From a virus (taxonomy: Duplodnaviria; Caudoviricetes), in IMG/VR virus record IMGVR_UViG_3300018405_000014, positions 52,700 through 116,699 of that record: DNA of 64,000 nt. One strand, 5' to 3'. The notes under the pieces are model-generated. The model was not told the origin of the DNA and did no database searches. It saw nothing but the letters and a program-made list of their open reading frames with translations. This document shows positions 38,909 to 48,830 of this stretch, piece by piece; within the stretch, counting starts at the first letter, position 1, and the number at the start of each line of letters is the position of its first letter. A program made the translations under genes and the position numbers.

Positions 38909-40946
38909 GTGTTTCTCCTTGAGGTTTAGTCATGTCCGAAACAGGCATGACGACCAATTTCGAATGGAAGTTAATGGCTTTATTCAGGGTCTTGGGGTTG
39001 ACGAGCATCGCACCAACTTCGGTAAGTCCGAGTTCCTTAGCAGTCTTGGCCTTATCGGGGCCATGTCCGACACCTAGAAACACGATGTCAGTGTTCTTAC
39101 TGACACTCTTGGTGAGTTTACCGCCACGCGAGATGACCTCATCTTCCATCTCCTTGCGTGACTTTCCGTCAAAAGACGATCCACTGACCACGACTGTCAA
39201 TCCGGTTAGGTCCTGATGTTCTGCTTTCTTGACCACCTCATCGGTGTAGGTCAGGATCTTATCCAGGGCCAACAGGTCGTATCCGTTGGTAAGGAACGCA
39301 TTGACTATAGACTGGGCTACGGTTGGACCAACATCATCAACCTCCTGAAGCTCCAATAGAATGGCCTGTCCCAAGGCTTCGAAGTTATGGAACTGACTGG
39401 CCAACGCCCGTGCAGTGCTGTCACCTACCTCAGGAATGCCGACCGCGCGCAGTACCTTGTAGAACGGTAGGACTCGGCAGCGGTTTATGTTGGCCAGTAT
39501 CTTCTCGGCCATGTTGGTGCTGATACCTGCCAGATAAAAGTCCTCTTCCGACAGGTGGAACAGCGAACTGTACGACCCGAGTGATCCAGCTTCAATGAGG
39601 GCTTCGACTGCCGCAGGACCAAGGTTCTTAACGTCGATGCCTGCACGGCTGACGAAGTAGCTCATCCGGTTGACCACCTGAGCTGCACAGCTTTCGTCAT
39701 TGGTACAGAACAACTCACCACCCTCACCGCGGCTCTCTACCGGCGAATCACAGCACGGACAGGTCGTTGGAACCTGAATGATGCCATGTTCATCGGTGCG
39801 AAGCGAGGTGATGACCGATTCAATCTTGGGAATGACGTCACCTCGACGTGAAACCACAACCGTATCGCCGATGCGAAGATCCAGGCGCTTGACTTCTTCA
39901 AAGTTGTGAAGGGTCACGCTACTGATAGTTACCCCACAGAGCTTCACAGGACGAATCTTGGCGACAGGGGTGAGCACTCCAGTCCGGCCGACTTGTACCT
40001 CAACCCGCTCCAGGATCGAAGTGGTCGACTGGGCTTCGAACTTATAGGCCACTGCCCAGCGAGGTGAGGTCGAACGCTGACCCAGCGAGGAACGCACTGT
40101 ACCGTTAATGGCCTTAAGTACCAGGCCGTCGATGTCGTACTCGAGGTTATGGCGTTCTTCAGCCACTCGATTGACCGTCTCCATGATCTGATCGATTGAG
40201 GTACTCAAGCCAGTCCACAGAGCATCAACTTTGTAGAAGGCCTGGAGTACACCATCGTCGACATCAGCCAACGACACCGACCTTGACACGCCATCGCTGT
40301 ATATCACCGCGTCGTATGCAATAAAACGAATGCCCATGCCCAGCAGGCTTTCACCTTCCTTTCTGCGCATCAGGCCAGCAACCATGTTACGGGCGTTGGC
40401 ATAGGGTTTCTTGCCTTGAGCTTCACGGCGCTCGCATGCTTTCTTGAATTGAGCGTGGGGAATTATACATTCTCCACGGAATTCAATGTCGCCCGGAATT
40501 GGACCGATGTCAGCAGGGATACCCTCAAAGAACACGGCATTGTCGGTGATGTCGTCGCCGACATAACCATCACCGCGGGTAACTGCACAGACAAGTTTGC
40601 CATTGGTGTAACGGACATTCAGGCTGGCACCGTCGAGCTTGTATTCCAGAGCGGCGTAAATAGGACTGTCAAGCCCCACACACCAGTCGATCAGCTCTTC
40701 TTCGTTGTAGACGTTCATCAGACTGAGCATGGGCGACAGGTGCTTGACCTTATCGAAACTGCCTCCGGGCGGAGCCCCTATTTGATTCAAAGGGGAAAGC
40801 GGATCGTCGGTCTCCCCTTCAAGAGCCTTCAATTCCTGTTTAAGGGAATCATAGACTTCGTCAGAGACATCCGATTGACCCTGGTTGTAGTACAGGTCAT
40901 TGAGGCGCGCCAGTTCAGCACGCAGAGTGGCGATACGGGTGTCCAT
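38898..40946 (-). CDS. ligA: NAD+-dependent DNA ligase
   Basis: YYNQG..SDEVYD, PMLSL, EYKLDG, TRGDG, RWAVAYKF, QVGRTG, Zn finger, HhH repeats, BRCT. Confidence 0.95.
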   Translation of the reverse strand: MDTRIATLRAELARLNDLYYNQGQSDVSDEVYDSLKQELKALEGETDDPLSPLNQIGAPPGGSFDKVKHLSPMLSLMNVYNEEELIDWCVGLDSPIYAALEYKLDGASLNVRYTNGKLVCAVTRGDGYVGDDITDNAVFFEGIPADIGPIPGDIEFRGECIIPHAQFKKACERREAQGKKPYANARNMVAGLMRRKEGESLLGMGIRFIAYDAVIYSDGVSRSVSLADVDDGVLQAFYKVDALWTGLSTSIDQIMETVNRVAEERHNLEYDIDGLVLKAINGTVRSSLGQRSTSPRWAVAYKFEAQSTTSILERVEVQVGRTGVLTPVAKIRPVKLCGVTISSVTLHNFEEVKRLDLRIGDTVVVSRRGDVIPKIESVITSLRTDEHGIIQVPTTCPCCDSPVESRGEGGELFCTNDESCAAQVVNRMSYFVSRAGIDVKNLGPAAVEALIEAGSLGSYSSLFHLSEEDFYLAGISTNMAEKILANINRCRVLPFYKVLRAVGIPEVGDSTARALASQFHNFEALGQAILLELQEVDDVGPTVAQSIVNAFLTNGYDLLALDKILTYTDEVVKKAEHQDLTGLTVVVSGSSFDGKSRKEMEDEVISRGGKLTKSVSKNTDIVFLGVGHGPDKAKTAKELGLTEVGAMLVNPKTLNKAINFHSKLVVMPVSDMTKPQGETHEQ

Positions 40947-40963
40947 AAGCAGGCTCCTATGAC

Positions 40964-41410
40964 CTAAGCGATGACTTCAGGTCGTGGGGTGAGAATAGCG
41001 TGAGACAGACCAACAATACGGCGACCAGAATTCTGGTCACCCGGGACTTTATCCACGGTCAATGTCATCAGCTTCAGTGATTGAAACACTTCACTGGCCA
41101 AACCATCGGGATTACCGTAAAGCAATTGGGCATGCAATACGACAGATTTGTTTTCAATAATCAGACCAAGCGGCTTAAGGTATCCAACCTTGAAGGGCGC
41201 TCGGTATCGATAAATATCAACCAGGTCGGGATTGTTGCCTGTAACCGTGCGGTCTGGCCACTTGGAATACACCGGAATTGTATTTTCAAGCAGATGGGTA
41301 CACTCCTCGGTGGAGAGCCCTTCGCTGTAAGCAATCGGTAGGGTGTGGAGCGAGGTATGATGGTAGACATCGGTCGGCGTTTGAAACAGGTTAAGTACAG
41401 CTTGGTTCAT
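40964..41410 (-). CDS. Hypothetical protein
   Basis: 148-aa ORF in the ligase operon. Confidence 0.6.
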   Translation of the reverse strand: MNQAVLNLFQTPTDVYHHTSLHTLPIAYSEGLSTEECTHLLENTIPVYSKWPDRTVTGNNPDLVDIYRYRAPFKVGYLKPLGLIIENKSVVLHAQLLYGNPDGLASEVFQSLKLMTLTVDKVPGDQNSGRRIVGLSHAILTPRPEVIA

Positions 41411-41413
41411 GAT

Positions 41414-41893
41414 TCATTTCACCACAGTAAGGAAGGAGGGGCGGGTGGGTTCTTCTTTCCTGACTTCGGCTGTAGGCGCACCATCCGCCACCTCAATGGC
41501 TACACCATGTAGCATGTGCATCGCGGTTTCAGACACGAGGATGGTCGTTGGGATGCAGGTATGAATGATCTGCGGCATGGCGGGGTCGTATATGCCAATC
41601 ACCCCGTGAAGGCTGACGGTATGGACGTATTCAACGCCCTGGTAGCGTGCCTTGAAGATGATGTTGGTGTTTTCCAGCCGGAGGTCACGGATGGCCATGG
41701 GACTGATGTTCAAGATAACTACATCGTCGCCCACATGGGTGGTGAATACGTAAGGGGTAAGGTGAGGATTTTGTTCCAGGAACTCAGGCGTAGCAAAAAC
41801 CTGCATGTGACAGGCGCTGGCGGTCTCCATGATGTAATCGCGGGTGGATTGGATGTAACGGAATGCAATTTCAGCAGTCTGGGGTAGGATCAT
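41414..41893 (-). CDS. sspB: SspB-like ClpXP adaptor
   Basis: VILNISPMAIRDL...FKARYQG...VIGIY core and C-terminal RPSFLTVVK, like the SspB ClpX-binding tail LRVVK. Confidence 0.8.
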   Translation of the reverse strand: MILPQTAEIAFRYIQSTRDYIMETASACHMQVFATPEFLEQNPHLTPYVFTTHVGDDVVILNISPMAIRDLRLENTNIIFKARYQGVEYVHTVSLHGVIGIYDPAMPQIIHTCIPTTILVSETAMHMLHGVAIEVADGAPTAEVRKEEPTRPSFLTVVK

Positions 41894-42240
41894 TTAATAA
41901 TACCTGGATTGAGACAGAGGTAGTCATATACCTGATTGTCGATCTGTTCTTTAAGGAGCTTCTTCCGATCGCGTTTGGAGGCGCACGGGTACTCATGTAC
42001 TCGGATGGCATTATCTCGCTCATACAGGCCATTTAGGAGCTTACAGGGGTGTTTGCTGACTGTCAGGAGGCCTAGCTGTTTATCGACCTCCTGACTGACG
42101 TGGGTAGACTCACCCATGTAAAAGCGCCCGGTGGCATCGTGTTCAAGGATATAACACCCCTTATTCACGATACCTGAGCGCTTACTGCGTCCTGAGGGCG
42201 AATGCAGCCACTTGATGACTGCGTTCGGGGTGTCGGACAT
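41890..42240 (-). CDS. GIY-YIG-like nuclease domain protein
   Basis: GCYIL...FYMGES. Confidence 0.55.
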   Translation of the reverse strand: MSDTPNAVIKWLHSPSGRSKRSGIVNKGCYILEHDATGRFYMGESTHVSQEVDKQLGLLTVSKHPCKLLNGLYERDNAIRVHEYPCASKRDRKKLLKEQIDNQVYDYLCLNPGIIK

Positions 42241-42307
42241 ATCAACCTTCTTTAGGGATCGGGGCTGTGGTGCGGAAAGATTCAGGCGGTTTTAACGCCA
42301 CCGCTCC

Positions 42308-42886
42308 TTACTTGCAAAAGTCGCGGTCGTTGACAACTACGTTCTTAGGGCCGATGGTGAAGACGAAGACACTGGCAGGTTTCAAAAGTTGGATACCTTT
42401 CTCACCCTGTCCGATGAAGACACCCCACCAGCTATCGCTATTCAAACCGACGACGTTCATGCTGGTGCCATTGACATCGAGTTCGGTTTCTTCACGGACT
42501 TTCGAACTGTCCTTATACTGGATGCCGAAGAGTTCACGCTCCATGTAGGAGTAGTGCCGACGGCCAGTCAAATGGATACCTCGACCTTCATCGACAAACT
42601 CGCACGGTCGAGTGTCAGTGACCATGACCCCAGGCATCTTGACCTGTGTATACAGGTACCACGCCGCACCACCGACTACCGCAAAGAAAAGACCACTGAT
42701 TAGCAGATAGGTGCGAAGCAGGGTCGCACCTATAGATTTAGATCGTGCCTGGATCTTTTCGCGGGCTTGGCGACCCGCATCAGAGGATTTATTTTTCTGA
42801 CCACTCAGAAAATTGTTCACGAGGTCCTCGGTACGCATGAAGAGTGCATCGTTCGAATTGGTAGCGTTGTCAGCTGATACAGTCAT
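42308..42886 (-). CDS. Membrane-anchored early protein
   Basis: One TM helix, AGGAG RBS, follows the early motif. Confidence 0.65.
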   Translation of the reverse strand: MTVSADNATNSNDALFMRTEDLVNNFLSGQKNKSSDAGRQAREKIQARSKSIGATLLRTYLLISGLFFAVVGGAAWYLYTQVKMPGVMVTDTRPCEFVDEGRGIHLTGRRHYSYMERELFGIQYKDSSKVREETELDVNGTSMNVVGLNSDSWWGVFIGQGEKGIQLLKPASVFVFTIGPKNVVVNDRDFCK

Positions 42887-42920
42887 GGATAATGCTCCTA
42901 TTGGTTGTGTGTACTCCTCG

Positions 42921-42948
42921 ATAATGTACGGCTGTAATGTTTTTGATT
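42921..42948 (-). promoter_or_regulatory. Putative early promoter (AATC-N16-TACATTAT)
   Basis: Matches the 7-copy motif. Confidence 0.65.
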
Positions 42949-43007
42949 ACGGGAAAAGAAAAAAAAGAGAGATCATAGAGGCCGGGGACATCCCCGGCCT
43001 CTATGAT

Positions 43008-43391
43008 TCAACGTCGGACATATCCCAACTCTTCGAACGGGTCGTCTTTCTCTTCAGGAACTGTGAGGCTTCGGGTGGTCTGAACTTTCTCAGTCGTGGC
43101 TGGTTTAGAAGTCTTGACCAGCAGTTTAGTCATCCAGTCGACATTGGAGCCGAGAAATTTATCCTTCCCGTCTACCCGAATGACTCCACGTCGGACGGTA
43201 AAATAGGTAGCCAGTTGCTCCAGCTCTGGAACCGAATCGCCCAAGGCGAAATAGGTGGCATGAGGACTGGTACGGTAGGTCTGGATAAGTTCCTCTATCG
43301 GGTAGACTTCCTCAATATCAAGTTCTACGGTGATGGCATCCACAGCTGACATCGAGTCAGCCAGGATCAAGTTGATACCAACATTACGCAT
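43008..43391 (-). CDS. Hypothetical protein
   Basis: AAGGAGG RBS before MRNVG. Confidence 0.6.
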   Translation of the reverse strand: MRNVGINLILADSMSAVDAITVELDIEEVYPIEELIQTYRTSPHATYFALGDSVPELEQLATYFTVRRGVIRVDGKDKFLGSNVDWMTKLLVKTSKPATTEKVQTTRSLTVPEEKDDPFEELGYVRR

Positions 43392-43431
43392 GGTGTTACC
43401 TCCTTGAGGCAATGGTCAAATGATTGGCAGA

Positions 43432-43615
43432 CGGCATAAAAGACCACATCGAGGGAATCGCCCTTCGATGTGGTCTGATGCACAGGCGCCGTTGGAACAG
43501 ATGCAATGTCTCCCGACAAGGCTCACTGATCCGGGAAGGAACTAGGCTGGATCACCCCCTCACGTGTACTCGAAAGTACCTGTACATATAATGGGATTGA
43601 AATTGCCGTGTTCAT
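43432..43615 (-). ncRNA. Candidate small RNA or attenuator leader
   Basis: Lies between the early motif and a strong hairpin followed by TTTTATGCCGT; contains a UUCG hairpin and a CU-rich loop. Confidence 0.4.
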
Positions 43616-43622
43616 CACCTCT

Positions 43623-43650
43623 ACAATGTAGGGCTATAATTCTTTTGAAT
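43623..43650 (-). promoter_or_regulatory. Putative early promoter (ATTC-N16-TACATTGT)
   Basis: Matches the 7-copy motif. Confidence 0.65.
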
Positions 43651-43762
43651 TGGGAAATTACGCGACTGTGGGGTCAAATGGTGTGTGACTGGTTAACTAT
43701 ACGAAACTTTTACTGAGTCTCGTTGGACCGTCCACCAATCCTTCCCCATCAGGTACCTTGAC

Positions 43763-44272
43763 ATGTATAATGTATCGATGCTCGCAAAAGATCAGGTCCT
43801 GGCCCTGATCAATGATGAAAACCTACTCAACCTCACATTCGACAGTGTTTCCTTCGGTGTGCCGACTGCTGCTCCGGGCGAAACGCCTCAACGCGATACC
43901 GAACTGGTAATCGAAGGTATCCCCGGTAAGGGGTACAAGGGTACCGCCACCCTGTTGTACAACCGTATTCCACTTCAGGCGTTCGAAGACGCTGTCCCAT
44001 CGGCCATCCAGGTCGAAGGTGACATCACCCTTCAAAACATCCTGAATGGTTTCAATGCCTTCTACGGTTCCAACCTGCAACTGGATGACATCCGTAGCGA
44101 CCTGGCCATGCCGGCGGTGCTGACCAGCACCCCTCAGCAGTGGACCATGATCGCTGCTGCTGGCTCCTATGCCTACCGCGGTCAAGTCGTTCTCAACATC
44201 CAGGCCGCTGACGTGGATCTGGCAGTTGCCGTCACCAAGCCTGTATTGGATGGTCTGACCCTGACGATGTAA
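43763..44272 (+). CDS. Virion structural protein, YNRL paralog family
   Basis: LINDEN...GYKGTATLLYNRI...SYAYRG. Confidence 0.75.
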   Translation: MYNVSMLAKDQVLALINDENLLNLTFDSVSFGVPTAAPGETPQRDTELVIEGIPGKGYKGTATLLYNRIPLQAFEDAVPSAIQVEGDITLQNILNGFNAFYGSNLQLDDIRSDLAMPAVLTSTPQQWTMIAAAGSYAYRGQVVLNIQAADVDLAVAVTKPVLDGLTLTM

Positions 44273-44342
44273 GCATCTGCTTACCGCTGGGTTAGGTCTT
44301 CCTTTCCCAGCGGTTATAGCTTCCTCTTAAGGTGAGTCTATC

Positions 44343-45182
44343 ATGCAGCAATATCAACAACGTCCCGAGCAACAATTGAGAGATCTCCTCAACCAGACCA
44401 ACACCCCTGAAGTCGAGTTCACCCCCACTAACCTCATTTTGGGTAAACCAAGTGATCTTCTGGGGTTCGGCAATGCCAACACTCAGTTGAATGTTCGAGG
44501 TGTGGCTGGCGACCATTACAAGGGGCAGGTCAAAGTTTACTACAACCGCCTTGATCTGGGCGTCCTGTTTGGTGGTAATTACCGGGCTGAGTTCAGTGCC
44601 CTAGGACAGTCATCTCTGCACAGACTGTTGCCTGAAATCAGTAAAGCCTTGGGCATCACCCTGACTGAAGACGATCTGGTCAACATTGACCTCAGGCTTC
44701 TCGGTACCGGTGAGCAGGTTCTGATTGAACTGGAAGCAAAACCGGGCTCGATTGCCTATAAAGGATACACCGTAGTCCTGTTCAATCGCAGGCAGCTGAT
44801 GTTGACAGATGTCATCCGGACGCGTGCAGTGGCCAAGCTTACCCATCCAGATCCAGTGTTGGACGGGTACCGGAGCGCTGGGTTGACCACGTGGGGGTTG
44901 GACTTTACCCTTATTCGCCCTCAGTTGAGGGTCAGTCCTAACCGGGCACATTACCGTGGAAACTGGACAGACCATGCTGGGCTTCAAGCCAAACTGCAAG
45001 AGCTGTACAACATCACCGACTGGCCAGCCATTGACGCGTCGTCGACCTCCACCGATTCGGTCAAGGTCTACGAGACCAAGTCTCTACCAGATGCTAACCG
45101 TAACTTCTCGCACGTTGCTGTACAAACTGGCATTCGAAGTAACGGCCTTTCTGGTACCGCGTACTTTCATTACAACATCTAA
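44343..45182 (+). CDS. Virion structural protein, YNRL paralog family
   Basis: YKGQVKVYYNRLDL; ends AYFHYNI. Confidence 0.75.
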   Translation: MQQYQQRPEQQLRDLLNQTNTPEVEFTPTNLILGKPSDLLGFGNANTQLNVRGVAGDHYKGQVKVYYNRLDLGVLFGGNYRAEFSALGQSSLHRLLPEISKALGITLTEDDLVNIDLRLLGTGEQVLIELEAKPGSIAYKGYTVVLFNRRQLMLTDVIRTRAVAKLTHPDPVLDGYRSAGLTTWGLDFTLIRPQLRVSPNRAHYRGNWTDHAGLQAKLQELYNITDWPAIDASSTSTDSVKVYETKSLPDANRNFSHVAVQTGIRSNGLSGTAYFHYNI

Positions 45183-45196
45183 TCGGAGTTTTACTC

Positions 45197-46042
45197 ATGT
45201 CTCTTTATAAGGACCCAGTAACAACCCTGCTGGGTGTGATTGCCCAAAACAACGGGATTCAGCTGAGTCCTGAAGATTATGACTTTGAGAATCCGACGGT
45301 CAACACCACCGGAACCAATCCAGGGCAGAACACCTACGTCACCGTCACCGCCAACAACAACGTCGCCCCTTATCAGGGTTCGGTACAGATCTTCTATAAC
45401 CGGTTGAACCTGGCTGACCTTCCAAAACTTGTGACGCTGAGCATTCAGGCGCCCGAGTTCAGTAACTCTCACGATATCCTGCCATACATCAATGAGCGTT
45501 TCGGTCTGAACCTCGAGCCGACCGATATCGTGTTGGTAGATGCGGTTGATATGGTGACCTATAAGACCGTCACACTGACGGCTGAGGAAACCAGTCTGGG
45601 CTGGATCGGGACAGTGGACGTTTCTGTCAAACAGGGCGACATCCCACTGGAGAACTACCTGGTCAACACGGCCCTACCTGGGTTCCAATACCCGACTCAG
45701 TACGCCACCCTGCCCTTTGCGCAGTTCTACAGCTACTGGCGTGATTTTTCCGAGCACACCGCTTATCTGAAAACCCTGGTCGCAGGTCAAGCCATCCCGG
45801 TAGAGTTGGCGACGATCCTGACCGACATCACGGGCGACACTTGGGCCCATACCGGTTACAGTCAGTTCAGTCTGGGGGGTGCAATCATCAAGTTTGCAGG
45901 TCCTACTGCAGAGAACGGTCTGTTCAACGACAACTACGATTACGGACTGATTGTGGGTCTCGACCACAACGATGCATTCGGAATCAGTGGGGATCTTATC
46001 ATCCACTTCAGCGATCCGGTCGACCCGTTCGCTCAAGCTTAA
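45197..46042 (+). CDS. Virion structural protein, YNRL paralog family
   Basis: YQGSVQIFYNRLNL; DFS; LIIHF. Confidence 0.75.
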   Translation: MSLYKDPVTTLLGVIAQNNGIQLSPEDYDFENPTVNTTGTNPGQNTYVTVTANNNVAPYQGSVQIFYNRLNLADLPKLVTLSIQAPEFSNSHDILPYINERFGLNLEPTDIVLVDAVDMVTYKTVTLTAEETSLGWIGTVDVSVKQGDIPLENYLVNTALPGFQYPTQYATLPFAQFYSYWRDFSEHTAYLKTLVAGQAIPVELATILTDITGDTWAHTGYSQFSLGGAIIKFAGPTAENGLFNDNYDYGLIVGLDHNDAFGISGDLIIHFSDPVDPFAQA

Positions 46043-46055
46043 GTGAGGTGATCTG

Positions 46056-46859
46056 ATGGACGGACGTCTTAAAGTTCTGCAACTGGTCAATGAGCAGAAC
46101 GATCTACGCATCCCTGTAAGGCCCGATAACGTCGAGATGGCAACACCCGTGGCCAAGGCCAGCGGTGGAGTGAGAAATACCGGTGTGGTGCTCTCAGGCA
46201 TCGTAGGGAAGGGATACAAGGGCGAGGTAGAGATCCTCTTTGACCGACATGACCTTTCTGCCTTGTTTAATGGTGACGGAGTCGCGGCGAAAGCCCGGAC
46301 CAACGGAACCATTAACCGAGACTGGCTGCTAAGTCACCTGAATAACAAGTACGGCTTATACCTCGAGCCAGTCGATATCCAGGAACCAGTGATCCCTGAG
46401 TTCAATACCCTTGAAACCACTCAATTGATCGAGATCCAGGTCAAGGACAACTCGTGGAACTGGATGGGTCGGGTGGTGGTTGAGACCACGTACGGTAACC
46501 CCCTGCTGGAAACCGTTGTTCTGGTTCGGTTATTGCCTCTGCTTGATCATCCGACCGACCTCATGATTCTAGGATCGAACCGTCGGTATGGGTACATGTC
46601 CACGTATAACTTCGACTTTACCGGCTATAAAAACGATCTTCAGATTGACCCGAAAACAGGCCGCTGGGCGAACTTCAGCCGCGTACTTGAAATCGGTGCC
46701 AAAGCCGGGATGCCGTCATGGAATAATAACTCCGTGGTGGATCGGGCGACGAGCGAGATCGCTAACGCAAATCCGAAGTTCCAACGTGTGATGATCCAGA
46801 CGTACGCCACCGGTGGGGTAATGGGACCGCTGTATTTCCATTACGATCTGGACTGGTAA
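46056..46859 (+). CDS. Virion structural protein, YNRL paralog family
   Basis: YKGEVEILFDRHDL; ends LYFHYDLDW. Confidence 0.75.
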   Translation: MDGRLKVLQLVNEQNDLRIPVRPDNVEMATPVAKASGGVRNTGVVLSGIVGKGYKGEVEILFDRHDLSALFNGDGVAAKARTNGTINRDWLLSHLNNKYGLYLEPVDIQEPVIPEFNTLETTQLIEIQVKDNSWNWMGRVVVETTYGNPLLETVVLVRLLPLLDHPTDLMILGSNRRYGYMSTYNFDFTGYKNDLQIDPKTGRWANFSRVLEIGAKAGMPSWNNNSVVDRATSEIANANPKFQRVMIQTYATGGVMGPLYFHYDLDW

Positions 46860-46895
46860 AGTCTCCCAGTTACTTTTTCATGAAAGGGTTAGCGC

Positions 46896-47894
46896 ATGGC
46901 TATCTATACCAAAACGGCCAAGCAGATGCTGGTCGATCTGATTAACGAAGGGAATCCCAACCTCCCCTTCCCGATCAATGACACTGATTTCGATTTCACC
47001 CTGCCTGAGACGATCATCGATCCAGGCAATGGCCACAACACCAGGATCCGGGTGATCGCCAAACCGAACACCAACTACATTGGCAACATTGTAGTGACTT
47101 ACCGGCGGTTGAATGTGGGCTTTCTCTTCCGCAACATGACGCTGGAAGTGCAGAAGTGGGTGGCGAATAGCGGTCAGGGGAGCGGCAGCCTGATCCTACT
47201 GAGCAACCTGCTGCCGATTTATTCTGAAAAATACGGTATCCCCTTTACAGCAGGTGAGTGGACCGATCAGTGGTTGACAGGTTTCCATGGTATCCGGGGT
47301 GATACCTTTACGATCGCCCCGACAGCCAACAACTTGGTTTTCGTCGGATCAGTGACCGGTAGATGGCGGGTGGGCGAACGCACCTTGGAATCGTTGCTGC
47401 CGGTGGATGTGGTGGCAGGTCGTCTGTATCCGGGTGGAAATAACCAGGACGATCCGATGCGCAAATACTGGATCACCCCAGACGGCTTTAACACCGATTA
47501 TTCCAATAAGTCGGCCATACTTAACGGTTGGCTGGGGAATGCCAATCACCCCCTGGGTCAATGGCAAGATAGCGGTGTATCAGCATTACACACACGACTG
47601 ATCAACGAAGTCTTCCCGATGGTCATTCCCAGAAATGGCCCGCGGATCACCGCTACAAGCTACGTCGGTCGCGCCGCTCTTACCAACGGGACCTCGTTCA
47701 ATGGTAACGATCCAACAACCGGTTATCTGGTCAAAGAACTGGGAATGACGGGCGCACGCACCAACCGGTACATACTGCCGCATGCCGCAGTACCTGAGGC
47801 AAACTCCGAGTTCTTTAACCGGGTACTTGTTCTGACACTGCCAGATGACTGTCCATGGGGCACGGGTGCTCTGTACTTCCACTATAACGTCTAA
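46896..47894 (+). CDS. Virion structural protein, YNRL paralog family
   Basis: YIGNIVVTYRRLNV; ends LYFHYNV. Confidence 0.75.
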   Translation: MAIYTKTAKQMLVDLINEGNPNLPFPINDTDFDFTLPETIIDPGNGHNTRIRVIAKPNTNYIGNIVVTYRRLNVGFLFRNMTLEVQKWVANSGQGSGSLILLSNLLPIYSEKYGIPFTAGEWTDQWLTGFHGIRGDTFTIAPTANNLVFVGSVTGRWRVGERTLESLLPVDVVAGRLYPGGNNQDDPMRKYWITPDGFNTDYSNKSAILNGWLGNANHPLGQWQDSGVSALHTRLINEVFPMVIPRNGPRITATSYVGRAALTNGTSFNGNDPTTGYLVKELGMTGARTNRYILPHAAVPEANSEFFNRVLVLTLPDDCPWGTGALYFHYNV

Positions 47895-47905
47895 GGACCC
47901 TGTAC

Positions 47906-48781
47906 ATGACTATTCATCGTACTGCCAAACAGAGCTTGGTCAATTACATCAACAGTGCCAACAGCGCTGCACTGACTGTAGCTGAACTGGATTTTGGCCT
48001 ACCCACCCCTATTGCAGGGACGTGGCGTGAAGGTCTGATCGACCGCAATACTGCAATCAGGATCACCGCCAAAGAGGCGTCCTCCTTTCAAGGCAGCAGG
48101 ATCATCTGTTACGACCGGTTGAGGCTGGATGATTTTAACAAGCTGATCCCCCTGTCCATCAAGAACTACTTGCCGGACACGACCCATGACCTCATCAAGC
48201 CCCTGAGGCTTCGTTACGGCATCGCCCTGGACCCCGATGAGTTCATCGATGAACCCCTGCCCGAAATTGGCGATGTGCCAGTGGCGTGCGTACTCCGGGC
48301 TCAACCACACGCAATCGGCTGGCTCGGTCAAGTTGAGATCATGGTCCAACAAGGTGATGCTGTTCTAGCCGATCACCTGACCACTACTCAGCTCCCAGGC
48401 TTTGACTACCCGGTCGAAGGTGACGGTGCGCAGGGGTCTGCACTGACCTATCTGTACCCGTACGACTTTACCGCGTACAAGGATCTGCTTGACGTCCTGA
48501 CGGTAGGTCAGTTCATCGACGATACCGATACAGCGCTTCTGGATGCAGTCAAGGCGATTGATACCAACTTGGGCAGGAGTCTGTGGACCCTCGACGGCGC
48601 TGCGACCACATGGGCATTGGGAGGTGCTGAGGTGGTGTATAACGGCATCAATAGTCCGCTACTGCCCACCAACTCGTCCTACAAGTACGTGGTCGGGATC
48701 AAGATGCGTGACAACGTGACCACTCCGCCCGGTGTCTTCTACCTGCATTACGACGATCCAATCGATCCTAACGCAGTCTGA
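47906..48781 (+). CDS. Virion structural protein, YNRL paralog family
   Basis: FQGSRIICYDRLRL; FYLHYDDP. Confidence 0.75.
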   Translation: MTIHRTAKQSLVNYINSANSAALTVAELDFGLPTPIAGTWREGLIDRNTAIRITAKEASSFQGSRIICYDRLRLDDFNKLIPLSIKNYLPDTTHDLIKPLRLRYGIALDPDEFIDEPLPEIGDVPVACVLRAQPHAIGWLGQVEIMVQQGDAVLADHLTTTQLPGFDYPVEGDGAQGSALTYLYPYDFTAYKDLLDVLTVGQFIDDTDTALLDAVKAIDTNLGRSLWTLDGAATTWALGGAEVVYNGINSPLLPTNSSYKYVVGIKMRDNVTTPPGVFYLHYDDPIDPNAV

Positions 48782-48830
48782 GCATAAGTCCCTGGCCTAG
48801 GCCAGGGACCTGACATGGGCGGAACTCACA

